Source: a virus
Length of the DNA stretch: 64,000 nucleotides
Virus record (IMG/VR): IMGVR_UViG_3300047548_001818
Location: 7,133-71,132 of that record
Direction: 5' to 3' (one strand)
Part shown: piece after piece, positions 1-6,833 of the stretch
How positions within the stretch are numbered: the first letter of the stretch is position 1
Layout: each line of letters starts with the position of its first letter
Program-made: the position numbers and the translations under genes
The notes under the pieces: generated by a model
Database searches by the model: none
Seen by the model: the letters and a program-made list of their open reading frames with translations, nothing else
What the model was told of the DNA's origin: nothing

Positions 1-1
1 A

Positions 2-169
2 TTTGATGAAGTTTCACAAAAGTTTTTGGGTGAACAAATCATTGAAGGTAGGGAAATTAAACGTGAGGATGTTCCGGTTTTAATTAACCGTCTTAAAAAT
101 ATTAAAGAAGAATTATGTTGTCACTGGATGGAAGATAAACTAATCCATAAGGTGAATTACGATAAATAA
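2..169 (+). CDS. 3' end of an upstream gene (C-terminal fragment, function unknown)
   Basis: Open frame entering from the window edge, translating ...FDEVSQKFLGEQIIEGREIKREDVPVLINRLKNIKEELCCHWMEDKLIHKVNYDK and stopping at 167-169. Confidence 0.3.
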   Translation, partial: FDEVSQKFLGEQIIEGREIKREDVPVLINRLKNIKEELCCHWMEDKLIHKVNYDK

Positions 170-175
170 AATATT

Positions 176-250
176 CCGGCGTTCGTATAATGGATAATAC
201 AAGGGTCTTCTAAGCCTTGAATATGGGTTCGATTCCTGTACGCCGGACCA
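176..250 (+). tRNA. tRNA-Arg (anticodon TCT)
   Basis: Acceptor ccggcgt/acgccgg. D stem gtat/atac. Anticodon loop cttctaa. T arm tgggttcgattcc. Discriminator A and CCA encoded. Confidence 0.8.
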
Positions 251-271
251 AATTATAACAAAAGGAAATAT

Positions 272-721
272 ATGTCTGTAACATTAAAAAATCTTGAGAG
301 TGCATTGGCTGGTGAATCTATGGCACATATCAAGTATCGTTATTTTGCTAAAATTGCCAGAGAAGAAGGATTCGAAGAAGTTGCAAAACACTTTGAACAT
401 ACTGCTGACCAAGAAATTAAACATGCTTGGGGTCACCTTGAGCTTTTGATTGGTAAACCTTCAACTAAAGAATGCCTTGAGAAAGCTATTGCAGGTGAAA
501 CTTATGAATATACAGAAATGTATCCTCAGTTTCTTTCAGCCGCCGTGACTGAAGGTAATCATAATGCAGCACAGATTGCAAAAGAGCAAATTCAGGAAAG
601 CGAAGAACATGCTCTACAATTTATGGAAGTATTGAAACTGGCTGAAAAACGTTTTGCAGCACTTCAAAAAGTTGAGCAACGTCACGCAGAAGCATATAAA
701 AAAGTATTGGAGAATCTATAA
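272..721 (+). CDS. rubrerythrin/erythrin-like ferritin-fold diiron protein
   Basis: 149 aa with paired E-x-x-H diiron-ligand motifs (EIKHAWGH, EEHALQF) and a four-helix ferritin-like pattern. AGGAAA RBS upstream. Confidence 0.55.
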   Translation: MSVTLKNLESALAGESMAHIKYRYFAKIAREEGFEEVAKHFEHTADQEIKHAWGHLELLIGKPSTKECLEKAIAGETYEYTEMYPQFLSAAVTEGNHNAAQIAKEQIQESEEHALQFMEVLKLAEKRFAALQKVEQRHAEAYKKVLENL

Positions 722-852
722 TGTCTGAAAAAGTTTACGTTTGTGTTGTTTGTGGTCATACACTATCCGAGGCTGATTGGTTAAGCTTACCAGACTCTGC
801 AAATTGTCCGGAGTGTGGTGTTTCTAAAAACGACTACGTTTTGATGGAATGA
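721..852 (+). CDS. rubredoxin-like CxxC-x-CxxC zinc/iron-ribbon mini-protein (44 aa)
   Basis: MSEKVYVCVVCGHTLSEADWLSLPDSANCPECGVSKNDYVLME. Start overlaps the rubrerythrin stop (TAATG) and the stop overlaps the next start (ATGA). Below the 60-aa cutoff of the ORF track. Confidence 0.45.
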   Translation: MSEKVYVCVVCGHTLSEADWLSLPDSANCPECGVSKNDYVLME

Positions 853-1367
853 AACAAAAGTTCATTGATGCATATATGAAAACGGCCGAGATATTCGCAG
901 GACTATCTTCGGCTCGTAGGCTTCATGTTGGTGCGATTATCGTAAAAGATGACCGCATCATTTCTATTGGTTACAATGGAATGCCTTCTGGTTGGGATAA
1001 CAATTGTGAAGATAAAGAATACATGAGTGATAATGCCGGCGCCTGGCTGTCACCTGAAGAAATTGAAGAACGTTGGCCATATAGTGAACAACAGTTACCA
1101 AAAACCGAAAATCTTCCATGGCGCCGTTACAAACTAACAACCAAACCAGAGGTGCTTCATGCTGAAACGAACGCAATCAGTAAACTCGCTAGAAGTAATG
1201 AAGCTGGCGATAATTCTACTATGTTTTGCACTCATGCTCCATGTCTTAATTGTGCAAAGCTAATTTATCAGTCTGGTATCAATTCTGTTTATTATCGTAA
1301 TAGCTATCGAAGTGAAGATGGCATACAATTTTTGGAAAAAGCAGGTGTGACGGTAAAGAAGATTTAA
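849..1367 (+). CDS. cd: dCMP (deoxycytidylate) deaminase
   Basis: Cytidine/dCMP deaminase zinc motifs HAETNAI and CTHAPCLNCAKLI. T4 cd-like size (172 aa). Confidence 0.8.
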   Translation: MKQKFIDAYMKTAEIFAGLSSARRLHVGAIIVKDDRIISIGYNGMPSGWDNNCEDKEYMSDNAGAWLSPEEIEERWPYSEQQLPKTENLPWRRYKLTTKPEVLHAETNAISKLARSNEAGDNSTMFCTHAPCLNCAKLIYQSGINSVYYRNSYRSEDGIQFLEKAGVTVKKI

Positions 1368-1431
1368 TTTCATAAGGTGAAACACCACGGAGTCTAAATA
1401 CAGTATAATAGGTGATTAACTGGAGACTCGT

Positions 1432-1938
1432 ATGAAATTGAGAATAGTTAATTGTCCTGATAAAGATTTCAAACCCTTCGTCGAGAGGGCTGTTCATTTT
1501 TACGGACAAAGCCTGATGAGTAAACGCCTGCTCGACAATATAAACCTCAAGGTCAAATTCAATCCAAAATTGAATGTTTGTGGCTTTGCTTCCGTTGAAG
1601 ATTATAACAACTCCGGAAAACCAAGAGAATTTTTAATTGAGATTCATTCTTGGATTGGTGCAAAAGAAATTTTCAAAACACTTGCACATGAAATGGTGCA
1701 TGTCAAACAGTTTGCATATATGGAGACCAACGATTCTTTGACACGTTGGAAAGGTGCTGTGGTAGATCCTGACAACTTGGATTACTACAAACACCCTTGG
1801 GAAATTGAAGCGTATGGAATGGACACCGGTCTGTTTACAAACTTTGCCATAAAAGAAAAGCTGTGGGAAATTTTTGAAGGCATTCAAGATCCAACAACAC
1901 CAATAGAAAAGAAAAAATTGGGTTGGAAACAAAAATAA
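1432..1938 (+). CDS. putative Zn-metallopeptidase-like protein (HExxH)
   Basis: LAHEMVHVKQ HExxH motif. No other recognisable domain. Confidence 0.3.
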   Translation: MKLRIVNCPDKDFKPFVERAVHFYGQSLMSKRLLDNINLKVKFNPKLNVCGFASVEDYNNSGKPREFLIEIHSWIGAKEIFKTLAHEMVHVKQFAYMETNDSLTRWKGAVVDPDNLDYYKHPWEIEAYGMDTGLFTNFAIKEKLWEIFEGIQDPTTPIEKKKLGWKQK

Positions 1939-1960
1939 TTTTAAAAATTTGAAAAACCAC

Positions 1961-1989
1961 TTGACAAGTTGCCTATATACTGTTAGAAT
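1961..1989 (+). promoter_or_regulatory. sigma70-like early promoter (TTGACA-17-TAGAAT)
   Basis: ttgaca agttgcctatatactgt tagaat, read directly from the sequence. Confidence 0.55.
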
Positions 1990-1995
1990 TTAATT

Positions 1996-2183
1996 TTTAT
2001 TGGAGAAATTCTTTGTTACTCATATCGAAACCCGTTCTGTTAACATGCGAGTATCGCACACCATTTATTGGTAGCGATAATCAGTCATGGGCGAACGGAA
2101 AAGGGGTATGTGGAACCTAAGAACATCTAAAAAGTAAATCAAAAGTTTCACAAACCCCAGACCTAAAAAATCTGGGGTTTTTT
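1996..2183 (+). ncRNA. candidate small non-coding RNA (promoter-to-terminator unit with no credible ORF)
   Basis: Lies between the 1961-1989 promoter and the 2153-2183 intrinsic terminator. Longest in-frame ORF is under 15 codons. The only track ORF here is on the opposite strand. Confidence 0.35.
2153..2183 (+). terminator. rho-independent terminator
   Basis: aaccccaga-cctaaaaaa-tctgggg followed by tttttt. Confidence 0.7.
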
Positions 2184-2206
2184 GTTGTAATCTTACAACA
2201 GATGTG

Positions 2207-2234
2207 TTGACAAAACAGAAAAATCTGATACAAT
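2207..2234 (+). promoter_or_regulatory. sigma70-like promoter (TTGACA-16-TACAAT) heading a tRNA segment
   Basis: ttgaca aaacagaaaaatctga tacaat. Confidence 0.55.
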
Positions 2235-2263
2235 ACACATCTTCGCTTGAGAAATCAGGCACA

Positions 2264-2291
2264 GTTCTTTAAAAAGTTAAGTGTAATTTGA
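2264..2291 (+). repeat. conserved tRNA leader repeat, copy A
   Basis: The 28-29 nt leader gttctttaaaaagttaagtgtaatttga is identical at 3210-3237. Both copies abut a tRNA 5' end and sit downstream of a TTGAGAAATCA motif. Confidence 0.6.
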
Positions 2292-2365
2292 TCCCGGATG
2301 GTGTAGTGGCAGCACAGGAGACTTTGACTCTCTTAGTATAAGTTCGATTCTTATTCCGGGTGCCA
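2292..2365 (+). tRNA. tRNA-Gln (anticodon TTG)
   Basis: Anticodon loop ctttgac flanked by ggaga/tctct. T arm ataag-ttcgatt-cttat. CCA encoded. Position 1-72 is a U-U mismatch. Confidence 0.7.
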
Positions 2366-2559
2366 TAAGTATAACAATTGAGTGTAGATGTTGAGAAAGC
2401 AAGAGCCTCGAAATTCTTGTGAGTTGGGACTAATTATCCTAGTAGCAAACAAGTAACAACTATCACTACGTACCTCTAACCCTGCCGGCTTTATATCAAG
2501 GGTAAAATGCTGTCGAATGAGGGAGGCGACAGACTTAGTTGTTATTCTTATGGCTTATT

Positions 2560-2649
2560 GGAAGCGTGGCAGAGTCCGGTTTATTGCAACAGTCTTGAAA
2601 ACTGTCGGCTCGAAAGGGTCCGTGAGTTCGAATCTCACCGCTTCCACCA
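2560..2649 (+). tRNA. tRNA-Ser (anticodon TGA), class II
   Basis: Acceptor ggaagcg/cgcttcc. Anticodon arm acagt-cttgaaa-actgt. Long variable arm. T arm gtgagttcgaatctcac. CCA encoded. Confidence 0.8.
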
Positions 2650-2654
2650 AACAC

Positions 2655-2746
2655 GGTGAAGTGCCCGAGAGGCCTAAGGGAGCGGTTTGCTAAACCGTCG
2701 ATTCATGAAAATGGGTCCGTGGGTTCGAATCCCACCTTCACCACCA
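2655..2746 (+). tRNA. tRNA-Ser (anticodon GCT), class II
   Basis: Acceptor ggtgaag/cttcacc. Anticodon arm gcggt-ttgctaa-accgt. Long variable arm. T arm gtgggttcgaatcccac. CCA encoded. Confidence 0.8.
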
Positions 2747-2767
2747 ATTGTAAATGAAAGGTAATAA

Positions 2768-2950
2768 ATGAAAACGAACAGTTCTTTCAAAATGTCTAAA
2801 TCGACAAAACGTTTGCTTGCAATGCTTCCTTATGCAGATCAAGAACAACGTATTGCATTTAAACATGCTATGATTGGTGCACAACATTCTCCAAATGTTG
2901 CACCGAAAACAAGCAAAGATAAAATGCTAAAAGAAACAGAAGCAGATTAA
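2768..2950 (+). CDS. small hypothetical protein (60 aa) inside the tRNA array
   Basis: ORF with AAAGG spacer-ATG. Basic. No known motif. Confidence 0.3.
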   Translation: MKTNSSFKMSKSTKRLLAMLPYADQEQRIAFKHAMIGAQHSPNVAPKTSKDKMLKETEAD

Positions 2951-2952
2951 AA

Positions 2953-3042
2953 CCCGCCGTAGCTCAGGGAGAGCAGGGGGTCTTATAAACCCTTAATCTA
3001 GATAAGGTCCAGGATGTGGTTCGACTCCACACGGCGGGACCA
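2953..3042 (+). tRNA. class II (long variable arm) tRNA with a UAU anticodon loop, identity uncertain
   Basis: Acceptor cccgccg/cggcggg perfect. D stem gctc/gagc. Anticodon arm ggggt-cttataa-accct. About 21-nt variable region. T arm tgtggttcgactccaca. A and CCA encoded. Confidence 0.5.
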
Positions 3043-3048
3043 AATAAT

Positions 3049-3126
3049 GTGGGTGTGGCGGAGTGGTCCAACGCAACTGTCTGCAAAACAGTAAAATCGT
3101 CAGTTCAAATCTGACCACCCACTCCA
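3049..3126 (+). tRNA. tRNA-Cys (anticodon GCA)
   Basis: Acceptor gtgggtg/cacccac. Anticodon arm actgt-ctgcaaa-acagt. T arm gtcagttcaaatctgac. U73 and CCA. Confidence 0.8.
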
Positions 3127-3152
3127 AATGTTGTTTTTCTACAACACACTGG

Positions 3153-3180
3153 TTGACAAAAAAGCCAGTTCATGTAGAAT
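3153..3180 (+). promoter_or_regulatory. sigma70-like promoter (TTGACA-16-TAGAAT) heading the next tRNA segment
   Basis: ttgaca aaaaagccagttcatg tagaat. Confidence 0.55.
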
Positions 3181-3209
3181 ACGTTTCATCGATTGAGAAA
3201 TCAATCATT

Positions 3210-3237
3210 GTTCTTTAAAAAGTTAAGTGTAATTTGA
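3210..3237 (+). repeat. conserved tRNA leader repeat, copy B
   Basis: Identical to 2264-2291. Preceded by gattgagaaatca. Confidence 0.6.
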
Positions 3238-3238
3238 T

Positions 3239-3314
3239 GCACCTATCGTCTAACGGTTAGGACGCTGCCCTTTCAAGGCGGAAACGAGGAGTTCGATTCT
3301 CCCTAGGTGTGCCA
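3239..3314 (+). tRNA. tRNA-Glu (anticodon TTC)
   Basis: D arm gtctaacggttaggac closely resembles E. coli tRNA-Glu. Anticodon arm ctgcc-ctttcaa-ggcgg. CCA encoded. Confidence 0.8.
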
Positions 3315-3451
3315 TTTCTTTTGTTGATTGTAAGCCACGGCAGAAACGTTCAATGCTGAGTAACTATGTACATAATTGCGGTAATTCTAGACAAACCCGC
3401 ATGAGCATAGCAAATAGTGCAGTCAACAAAACAAATGGTAAAAAATCAAAT

Positions 3452-3526
3452 GCGGGTGTAACTCAGAGGCAGAGTAACTGGCTTTTAACCAGTAAGTCGA
3501 GATTTCGAAATTCTCCACCCGTACCA
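3452..3526 (+). tRNA. tRNA-Lys (anticodon TTT)
   Basis: Acceptor gcgggtg/cacccgt. Anticodon arm actgg-cttttaa-ccagt. T loop ttcgaaa. CCA encoded. Confidence 0.8.
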
Positions 3527-3532
3527 AATTTT

Positions 3533-3625
3533 GGAGGTCTTGATGCTATGGCGTGTGCATCCCCGGACTGTAAATCCGGTCCCTCGTGGTAAACAATCTT
3601 GGTTCGACTCCAAGGACCTCCACCA
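3533..3625 (+). tRNA. tRNA-Tyr (anticodon GTA), class II
   Basis: Acceptor ggaggtc/gacctcc. D stem gatg/catc. Anticodon arm ccgga-ctgtaaa-tccgg. Long variable arm. T arm cttggttcgactccaag. CCA encoded. Confidence 0.75.
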
Positions 3626-3956
3626 CAAATACTAAGACAACACTTAGTAAGATGAGTAGATGAAAACCGACCCAGGGTGAGATCCTGGGCTTCAGCGGCG
3701 GGACTCTGATCCAAGACCTGACGAACGATAAGCAAAGTCGGTCCAGTAGGGGTAAGAAAAGTGTTGTCAGCGGAAAAAGCTGCCGAAGGACAGAAGTTAC
3801 AAACATACACATTTGATATCTATAGAATCGAGTGGCAATTTGTTTCTAACGCCGTGTATTCCTTCAAGAATTTTGGTCTCAAAGTGTTCATGGACGCACA
3901 TCAGCCTGTCACGCTGAAAGAAGGGGATCGTTACCCCTTGGGACCGCCAAGTTTAT

Positions 3957-4031
3957 TCCGGTGTAGCACAGAGGTAGTGCAGGTGACTGTTAATCACTTG
4001 GTCGTTGGTTCGATCCCAGCCACCGGAGCCA
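3957..4031 (+). tRNA. tRNA-Asn (anticodon GTT)
   Basis: Acceptor tccggtg/caccgga. D arm tagcacagaggtagtgca. Anticodon loop ctgttaa. T arm ttggttcgatcccag. CCA encoded. Confidence 0.85.
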
Positions 4032-4100
4032 CTTTTAGAATGCGTTCAGCAATTAAAAACTTTACTTGGAATAAAGCAAAAAAGCATTCTGTTTTATAAT

Positions 4101-4178
4101 GCCCCGGTGACGGAATTAGGTATACGTGTTGGTCTTAGAAACCAAATTTTAGGAGTTCGAGTCTCCTCTGGGGCACCA
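4101..4178 (+). tRNA. tRNA with anticodon TAG (Leu-type anticodon, A73) but a short class-I variable loop
   Basis: Acceptor gccccgg/ctggggc. Perfect anticodon arm ttggt-cttagaa-accaa. T arm ggagttcgagtctcc. Variable region only about 5-6 nt. CCA encoded. Confidence 0.55.
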
Positions 4179-4328
4179 CTTGACTCGCTTTGATTGATGG
4201 CGTATAATAAGATAAATAATCAATCATTTTTATGAAGCACATTGTTAGTTAAAGGGGTTGGCGTCCTGAAGCAGAAGCGGCCAGCAGCCAATTGGGTTGA
4301 TCTTCTGTCAGTGTGTTTCATAAAGATT

Positions 4329-4403
4329 GGGGGATTAGTGCTAATGGGAACACACTTGTTTTGCAAGCAAGAATTAGGAGTTCGATTCTCCTATCCTCCA
4401 CCA
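4329..4403 (+). tRNA. tRNA-Ala (anticodon TGC)
   Basis: Acceptor gggggat/atcctcc gives the G3-U70 Ala identity pair. Anticodon arm cttgt-tttgcaa-gcaag. T arm aggagttcgattctcct. CCA encoded. Confidence 0.8.
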
Positions 4404-4413
4404 AAAGATTTTT

Positions 4414-4489
4414 GCCCCTGAAGCATTGCTGGCGATGCAACTGATTTGTAACCAGAAGATAGGCGGTTCGATTCCGTCCGGGGGCACCA
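4414..4489 (+). tRNA. tRNA-Thr-like (anticodon TGT) with a weak anticodon stem
   Basis: Acceptor gcccctg/cgggggc. D stem gcat/atgc. Canonical loop tttgtaa but only 3 of 5 anticodon-stem pairs. T arm ggcggttcgattccgtc. CCA encoded. Confidence 0.5.
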
Positions 4490-4569
4490 AGTTTTATGCG
4501 GTCGTTTTAAACAACAATAGGGTCCACCTGTTGTCTACGTGGGAATCGTAGTGACCGCTCCAGTTTTAT

Positions 4570-4646
<77 letters not shown>

Positions 4647-4654
4647 GTTTTTAT

Positions 4655-4730
4655 TGCGGCGTAGGGAAATGGTATCCCACTGGCCTCATAAGCCAGAGGT
4701 AGTTGGTTCGATTCCAACCGTTCGCAACCA
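4655..4730 (+). tRNA. tRNA with CAT anticodon (Met/Ile2-type) and an imperfect acceptor stem
   Basis: Clean D arm ggga-aatggta-tccc. Anticodon arm ctggc-ctcataa-gccag. T arm gttggttcgattccaac. Acceptor pairs only 4-5 bp. Confidence 0.5.
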
Positions 4731-4734
4731 ATAA

Positions 4735-4809
4735 GGTTGTATGACGTAGACGGATGCGTACCGCCCTCATAAGGCTAGGAGGTTGGATCGTTACCAACTA
4801 CAACCACCA
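4735..4809 (+). tRNA. second CAT-anticodon tRNA-like gene with a non-canonical T loop
   Basis: Perfect 7-bp acceptor ggttgta/tacaacc. D stem acgt/gcgt. Loop ctcataa on a 3-bp anticodon stem. T stem gttgg/ccaac encloses atcgtta instead of TTCGAAT. CCA encoded. Confidence 0.45.
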
Positions 4810-4815
4810 AAATAT

Positions 4816-4892
4816 CCGTCCTTAGCTCAATGGATCAGAGCATTTGGCTACGAACCAAAAGGTTGGGGATTCGAATTCCTCAGGGCGGTCCA
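4816..4892 (+). tRNA. tRNA-Arg (anticodon ACG)
   Basis: Acceptor ccgtcct/agggcgg. D arm tagctcaatggatcagagca. Anticodon arm tttgg-ctacgaa-ccaaa. CCA encoded. Confidence 0.85.
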
Positions 4893-4897
4893 TATAT

Positions 4898-4971
4898 ACC
4901 CGGTTAGCTCAAAAGTAGAGCATACGACTGATAATCGTAAGACAGAGGAGCGTTACCTCTACTGGGTACCA
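4898..4971 (+). tRNA. tRNA-Ile (anticodon GAT) with a non-canonical T loop
   Basis: Acceptor acccggt/actgggt. D stem gctc/gagc. Anticodon arm tacga-ctgataa-tcgta. T stem agagg/cctct with loop agcgtta. CCA encoded. Confidence 0.7.
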
Positions 4972-5017
4972 ATTTTAGAATCGTTTCAGCAAACCAATAC
5001 TTGTCTTTGGATGACAA

Positions 5018-5063
5018 TTTGCCTTCTAAGCAAACTAAGTAGGTTCGATTCCTATAGTAAGCG
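5018..5063 (+). pseudogene. tRNA-like fragment (TCT anticodon arm plus canonical T arm, no resolvable acceptor or D arm)
   Basis: tttgc-cttctaa-gcaaa anticodon arm followed by gtagg-ttcgatt-cctat T arm. No complementary 5' acceptor strand found upstream. Confidence 0.3.
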
Positions 5064-5078
5064 ATTCTGTTGTACGTT

Positions 5079-5154
5079 ATCTCGGTAGCTCAACTGGCAG
5101 AGCAGCGGTCTCCAAAACCGAAGGTTGAGGGTTCGATTCCTTCCCGGGGTGCCA
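5079..5154 (+). tRNA. tRNA-Trp (anticodon CCA)
   Basis: Acceptor atctcgg/ccggggt. D arm tagctcaactggcagagca. Anticodon loop ctccaaa. T arm gagggttcgattccttc. CCA encoded. Confidence 0.8.
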
Positions 5155-5176
5155 ATTTTTTAAAAGGAGAAATAAC

Positions 5177-5383
5177 ATGAGTGATGGAGGAAAAGGTTCA
5201 AAGCCACGCCCATTCAGTGTTTCGAATGAAGAATATGCAAAACGTTGGGATGCTATTTTCGGAAAAGATTTAGAAAAGGATCTTCGTGAAAAAGCATTGC
5301 AACAAATGGTCGATGAGAATCAGAGGCTAGGGCTTTATGATGATCTAGACCAACAACTGAAGAGTAGTGGTAACTATAAATAA
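5177..5383 (+). CDS. small hypothetical protein (68 aa)
   Basis: ORF preceded by AAGGAG. No motif recognised. Confidence 0.4.
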   Translation: MSDGGKGSKPRPFSVSNEEYAKRWDAIFGKDLEKDLREKALQQMVDENQRLGLYDDLDQQLKSSGNYK

Positions 5384-5399
5384 CAGAAAGTGAGTTAAT

Positions 5400-5870
5400 A
5401 TGTTCAACAAAAAAATTAACTTGGAAGAAGTTAAAGCCTATGTAGAAAGTTGCGGTCCAGAAACCAAAATTTATCTGGGCTGCGATTCAGAAAAAGTTAA
5501 AGTGAACGGCGTATGGTATGCTGACTATATCATTGCTATTGTTGTTCATATTGACGGTAAGCATGGTTGTAAAATTTTTGGTGAAATTCAGCGTGAGCGA
5601 GATTTCGACCAACAGAAAAATAAACCTCGGATGCGGTTAATGACCGAGGTTTATAAAGTTGCTGAAATGTATGTTGCACTTGCTGCAACTATACCGAACG
5701 ATATTGAAGTACATCTTGACATTAACCCAGATATGATGCATAATTCAAGTATCGTTGTGAATGAAGCAATCGGTTATATCAAAGGTATGTGCAATGTTGT
5801 ACCAATGGTAAAACCAAAAGCTTTTGCAGCCTCTTATGCGGCTGATAGATTGAAAAGTCTTGCAGCTTAA
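5400..5870 (+). CDS. RNase H-like fold protein (YkuK/DUF458-like), embedded in the tRNA array
   Basis: Pattern IYLGCDS...YIIAIVVH...GCKIFGEI...DINPD recalls the DUF458 RNase-H-like family. Assigned from memory of that family, not by a search. Confidence 0.3.
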   Translation: MFNKKINLEEVKAYVESCGPETKIYLGCDSEKVKVNGVWYADYIIAIVVHIDGKHGCKIFGEIQRERDFDQQKNKPRMRLMTEVYKVAEMYVALAATIPNDIEVHLDINPDMMHNSSIVVNEAIGYIKGMCNVVPMVKPKAFAASYAADRLKSLAA

Positions 5871-6081
5871 ACAGACCCCGGTTTACACTTTTACGTTATA
5901 TAAAGTGGGTTATTGCTAAACCATACTGGCACGGTGAGACTATTCATAACCGCAAGTCCGGCGATATCGGAGCCTTGAGATACATAGTCGGGTAGAAGTG
6001 TAACTAACCTATACGTAAATAACAACGGACAGGGTAAAGACTCCTGATTGGGGCGAAAATGGGAACGTGGCCAATCACTTT

Positions 6082-6154
6082 GCGGGTATTCTCCTGGGAG
6101 AGGACTTAGCCTTCCAAGCTAAAGAAGCCGGTTCGAATCCGACTACCCGCTCCA
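6082..6154 (+). tRNA. tRNA-Gly (anticodon TCC)
   Basis: Acceptor gcgggta/tacccgc. Perfect anticodon arm ttagc-cttccaa-gctaa. T arm gccggttcgaatccgac. U73 and CCA. Confidence 0.8.
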
Positions 6155-6253
6155 TATAAAAACACATTACACGCCATGTAACTAGCGGTGGTAGCCTAGT
6201 GAAGGGTGCTTCTCCTACCGAGAAGTTTATAGTGTGTTTCTATATGGTTTAAT

Positions 6254-6327
6254 GCGGGTATGATGTAAAGGTAGCCTGTGACCTTGCCAAGGTTAGTGTG
6301 AGAGTTCGATTCTCTCTACCCGCTCCA
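6254..6327 (+). tRNA. tRNA-Gly (anticodon GCC)
   Basis: Same acceptor as the TCC Gly. Anticodon arm tgacc-ttgccaa-ggtta. T arm gagagttcgattctctc. CCA encoded. Confidence 0.7.
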
Positions 6328-6335
6328 AATTTTAT

Positions 6336-6411
6336 GGAGTTATTAGTGTAGTGGTCTGCACACCATGTTGTGACCGTGGTAGTATGAGTTCAATCCTCAT
6401 ATAACTCCCCA
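6336..6411 (+). tRNA. tRNA-His (anticodon GTG) with encoded G-1
   Basis: Extra 5' G pairs with C73. Acceptor gagttat/ataactc. D stem gtgt/gcac. Anticodon arm ccatg-ttgtgac-cgtgg. T arm atgagttcaatcctcat. CCA encoded. Confidence 0.85.
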
Positions 6412-6426
6412 ACGCAGAAAGAAAAT

Positions 6427-6666
6427 ATGAAATTTGTTCCTTTGAATAACAATGTTATTGTGAAACGTAAAGATCCTATTAAAACAACGTCCTCTGGTAT
6501 TGTTCTACAGACTTCTCTAGAACCTGACCGTGGCATCGTTGTTGCAACTTCCACAAACGATGTGGAAATTGGAAATGAATTGTTACTAAATTGGAACAAA
6601 GCATATAAGATTGACAATGAACACTACAAGATTCATGTCAGTGAAATCATTGCCATCTTCGAATAA
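6427..6666 (+). CDS. GroES-like co-chaperonin (Hsp10 family)
   Basis: MKFVPLNNNVIVKRKDPIKTTSSGIVL closely parallels the bacterial GroES N-terminus (MNIRPLHDRVIVKRKE..AGGIVL). 79 aa. Confidence 0.6.
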   Translation: MKFVPLNNNVIVKRKDPIKTTSSGIVLQTSLEPDRGIVVATSTNDVEIGNELLLNWNKAYKIDNEHYKIHVSEIIAIFE

Positions 6667-6672
6667 TTTTTT

Positions 6673-6748
6673 GCCTCGTTAACTCAGCGGTATGAGTAGC
6701 TCCCTTACAAGGAGAAGGTCGGCGGTTCGATCCCGTCACGAGGTACCA
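6673..6748 (+). tRNA. tRNA-Val (anticodon TAC)
   Basis: Acceptor gcctcgt/acgaggt. D stem actc/gagt. Anticodon loop cttacaa. T arm ggcggttcgatcccgtc. CCA encoded. Confidence 0.85.
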
Positions 6749-6752
6749 ATTT

Positions 6753-6826
6753 GCTCTCATAGGTAAATGGCATACCGCATCCTTGGTAAGGATGTATTCC
6801 AAGTTCGATTCTTGGTGGGAGCACCA
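6753..6826 (+). tRNA. tRNA-Thr (anticodon GGT)
   Basis: Acceptor gctctca/tgggagc. Anticodon arm catcc-ttggtaa-ggatg. T arm ccaagttcgattcttgg. CCA encoded. Confidence 0.85.
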
Positions 6827-6833
6827 AATTAAT

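Noticed and set aside
3353-4193. ORF-track entries on both strands (3353-3592, 3463-3810, 3546-3812, 3761-4099, 4005-4193) and further track ORFs downstream (4535-5088, 6390-7079)
   Set aside because: They overlap well-formed tRNA genes, lack RBSs and have tRNA-imposed composition. They are treated as spurious.
5018-5063. Functional tRNA-Arg(UCU) duplicate
   Set aside because: Anticodon and T arms are present but no acceptor or D arm can be paired. A canonical tRNA-Arg(TCT) already exists at 176-250. Called a fragment or pseudogene.
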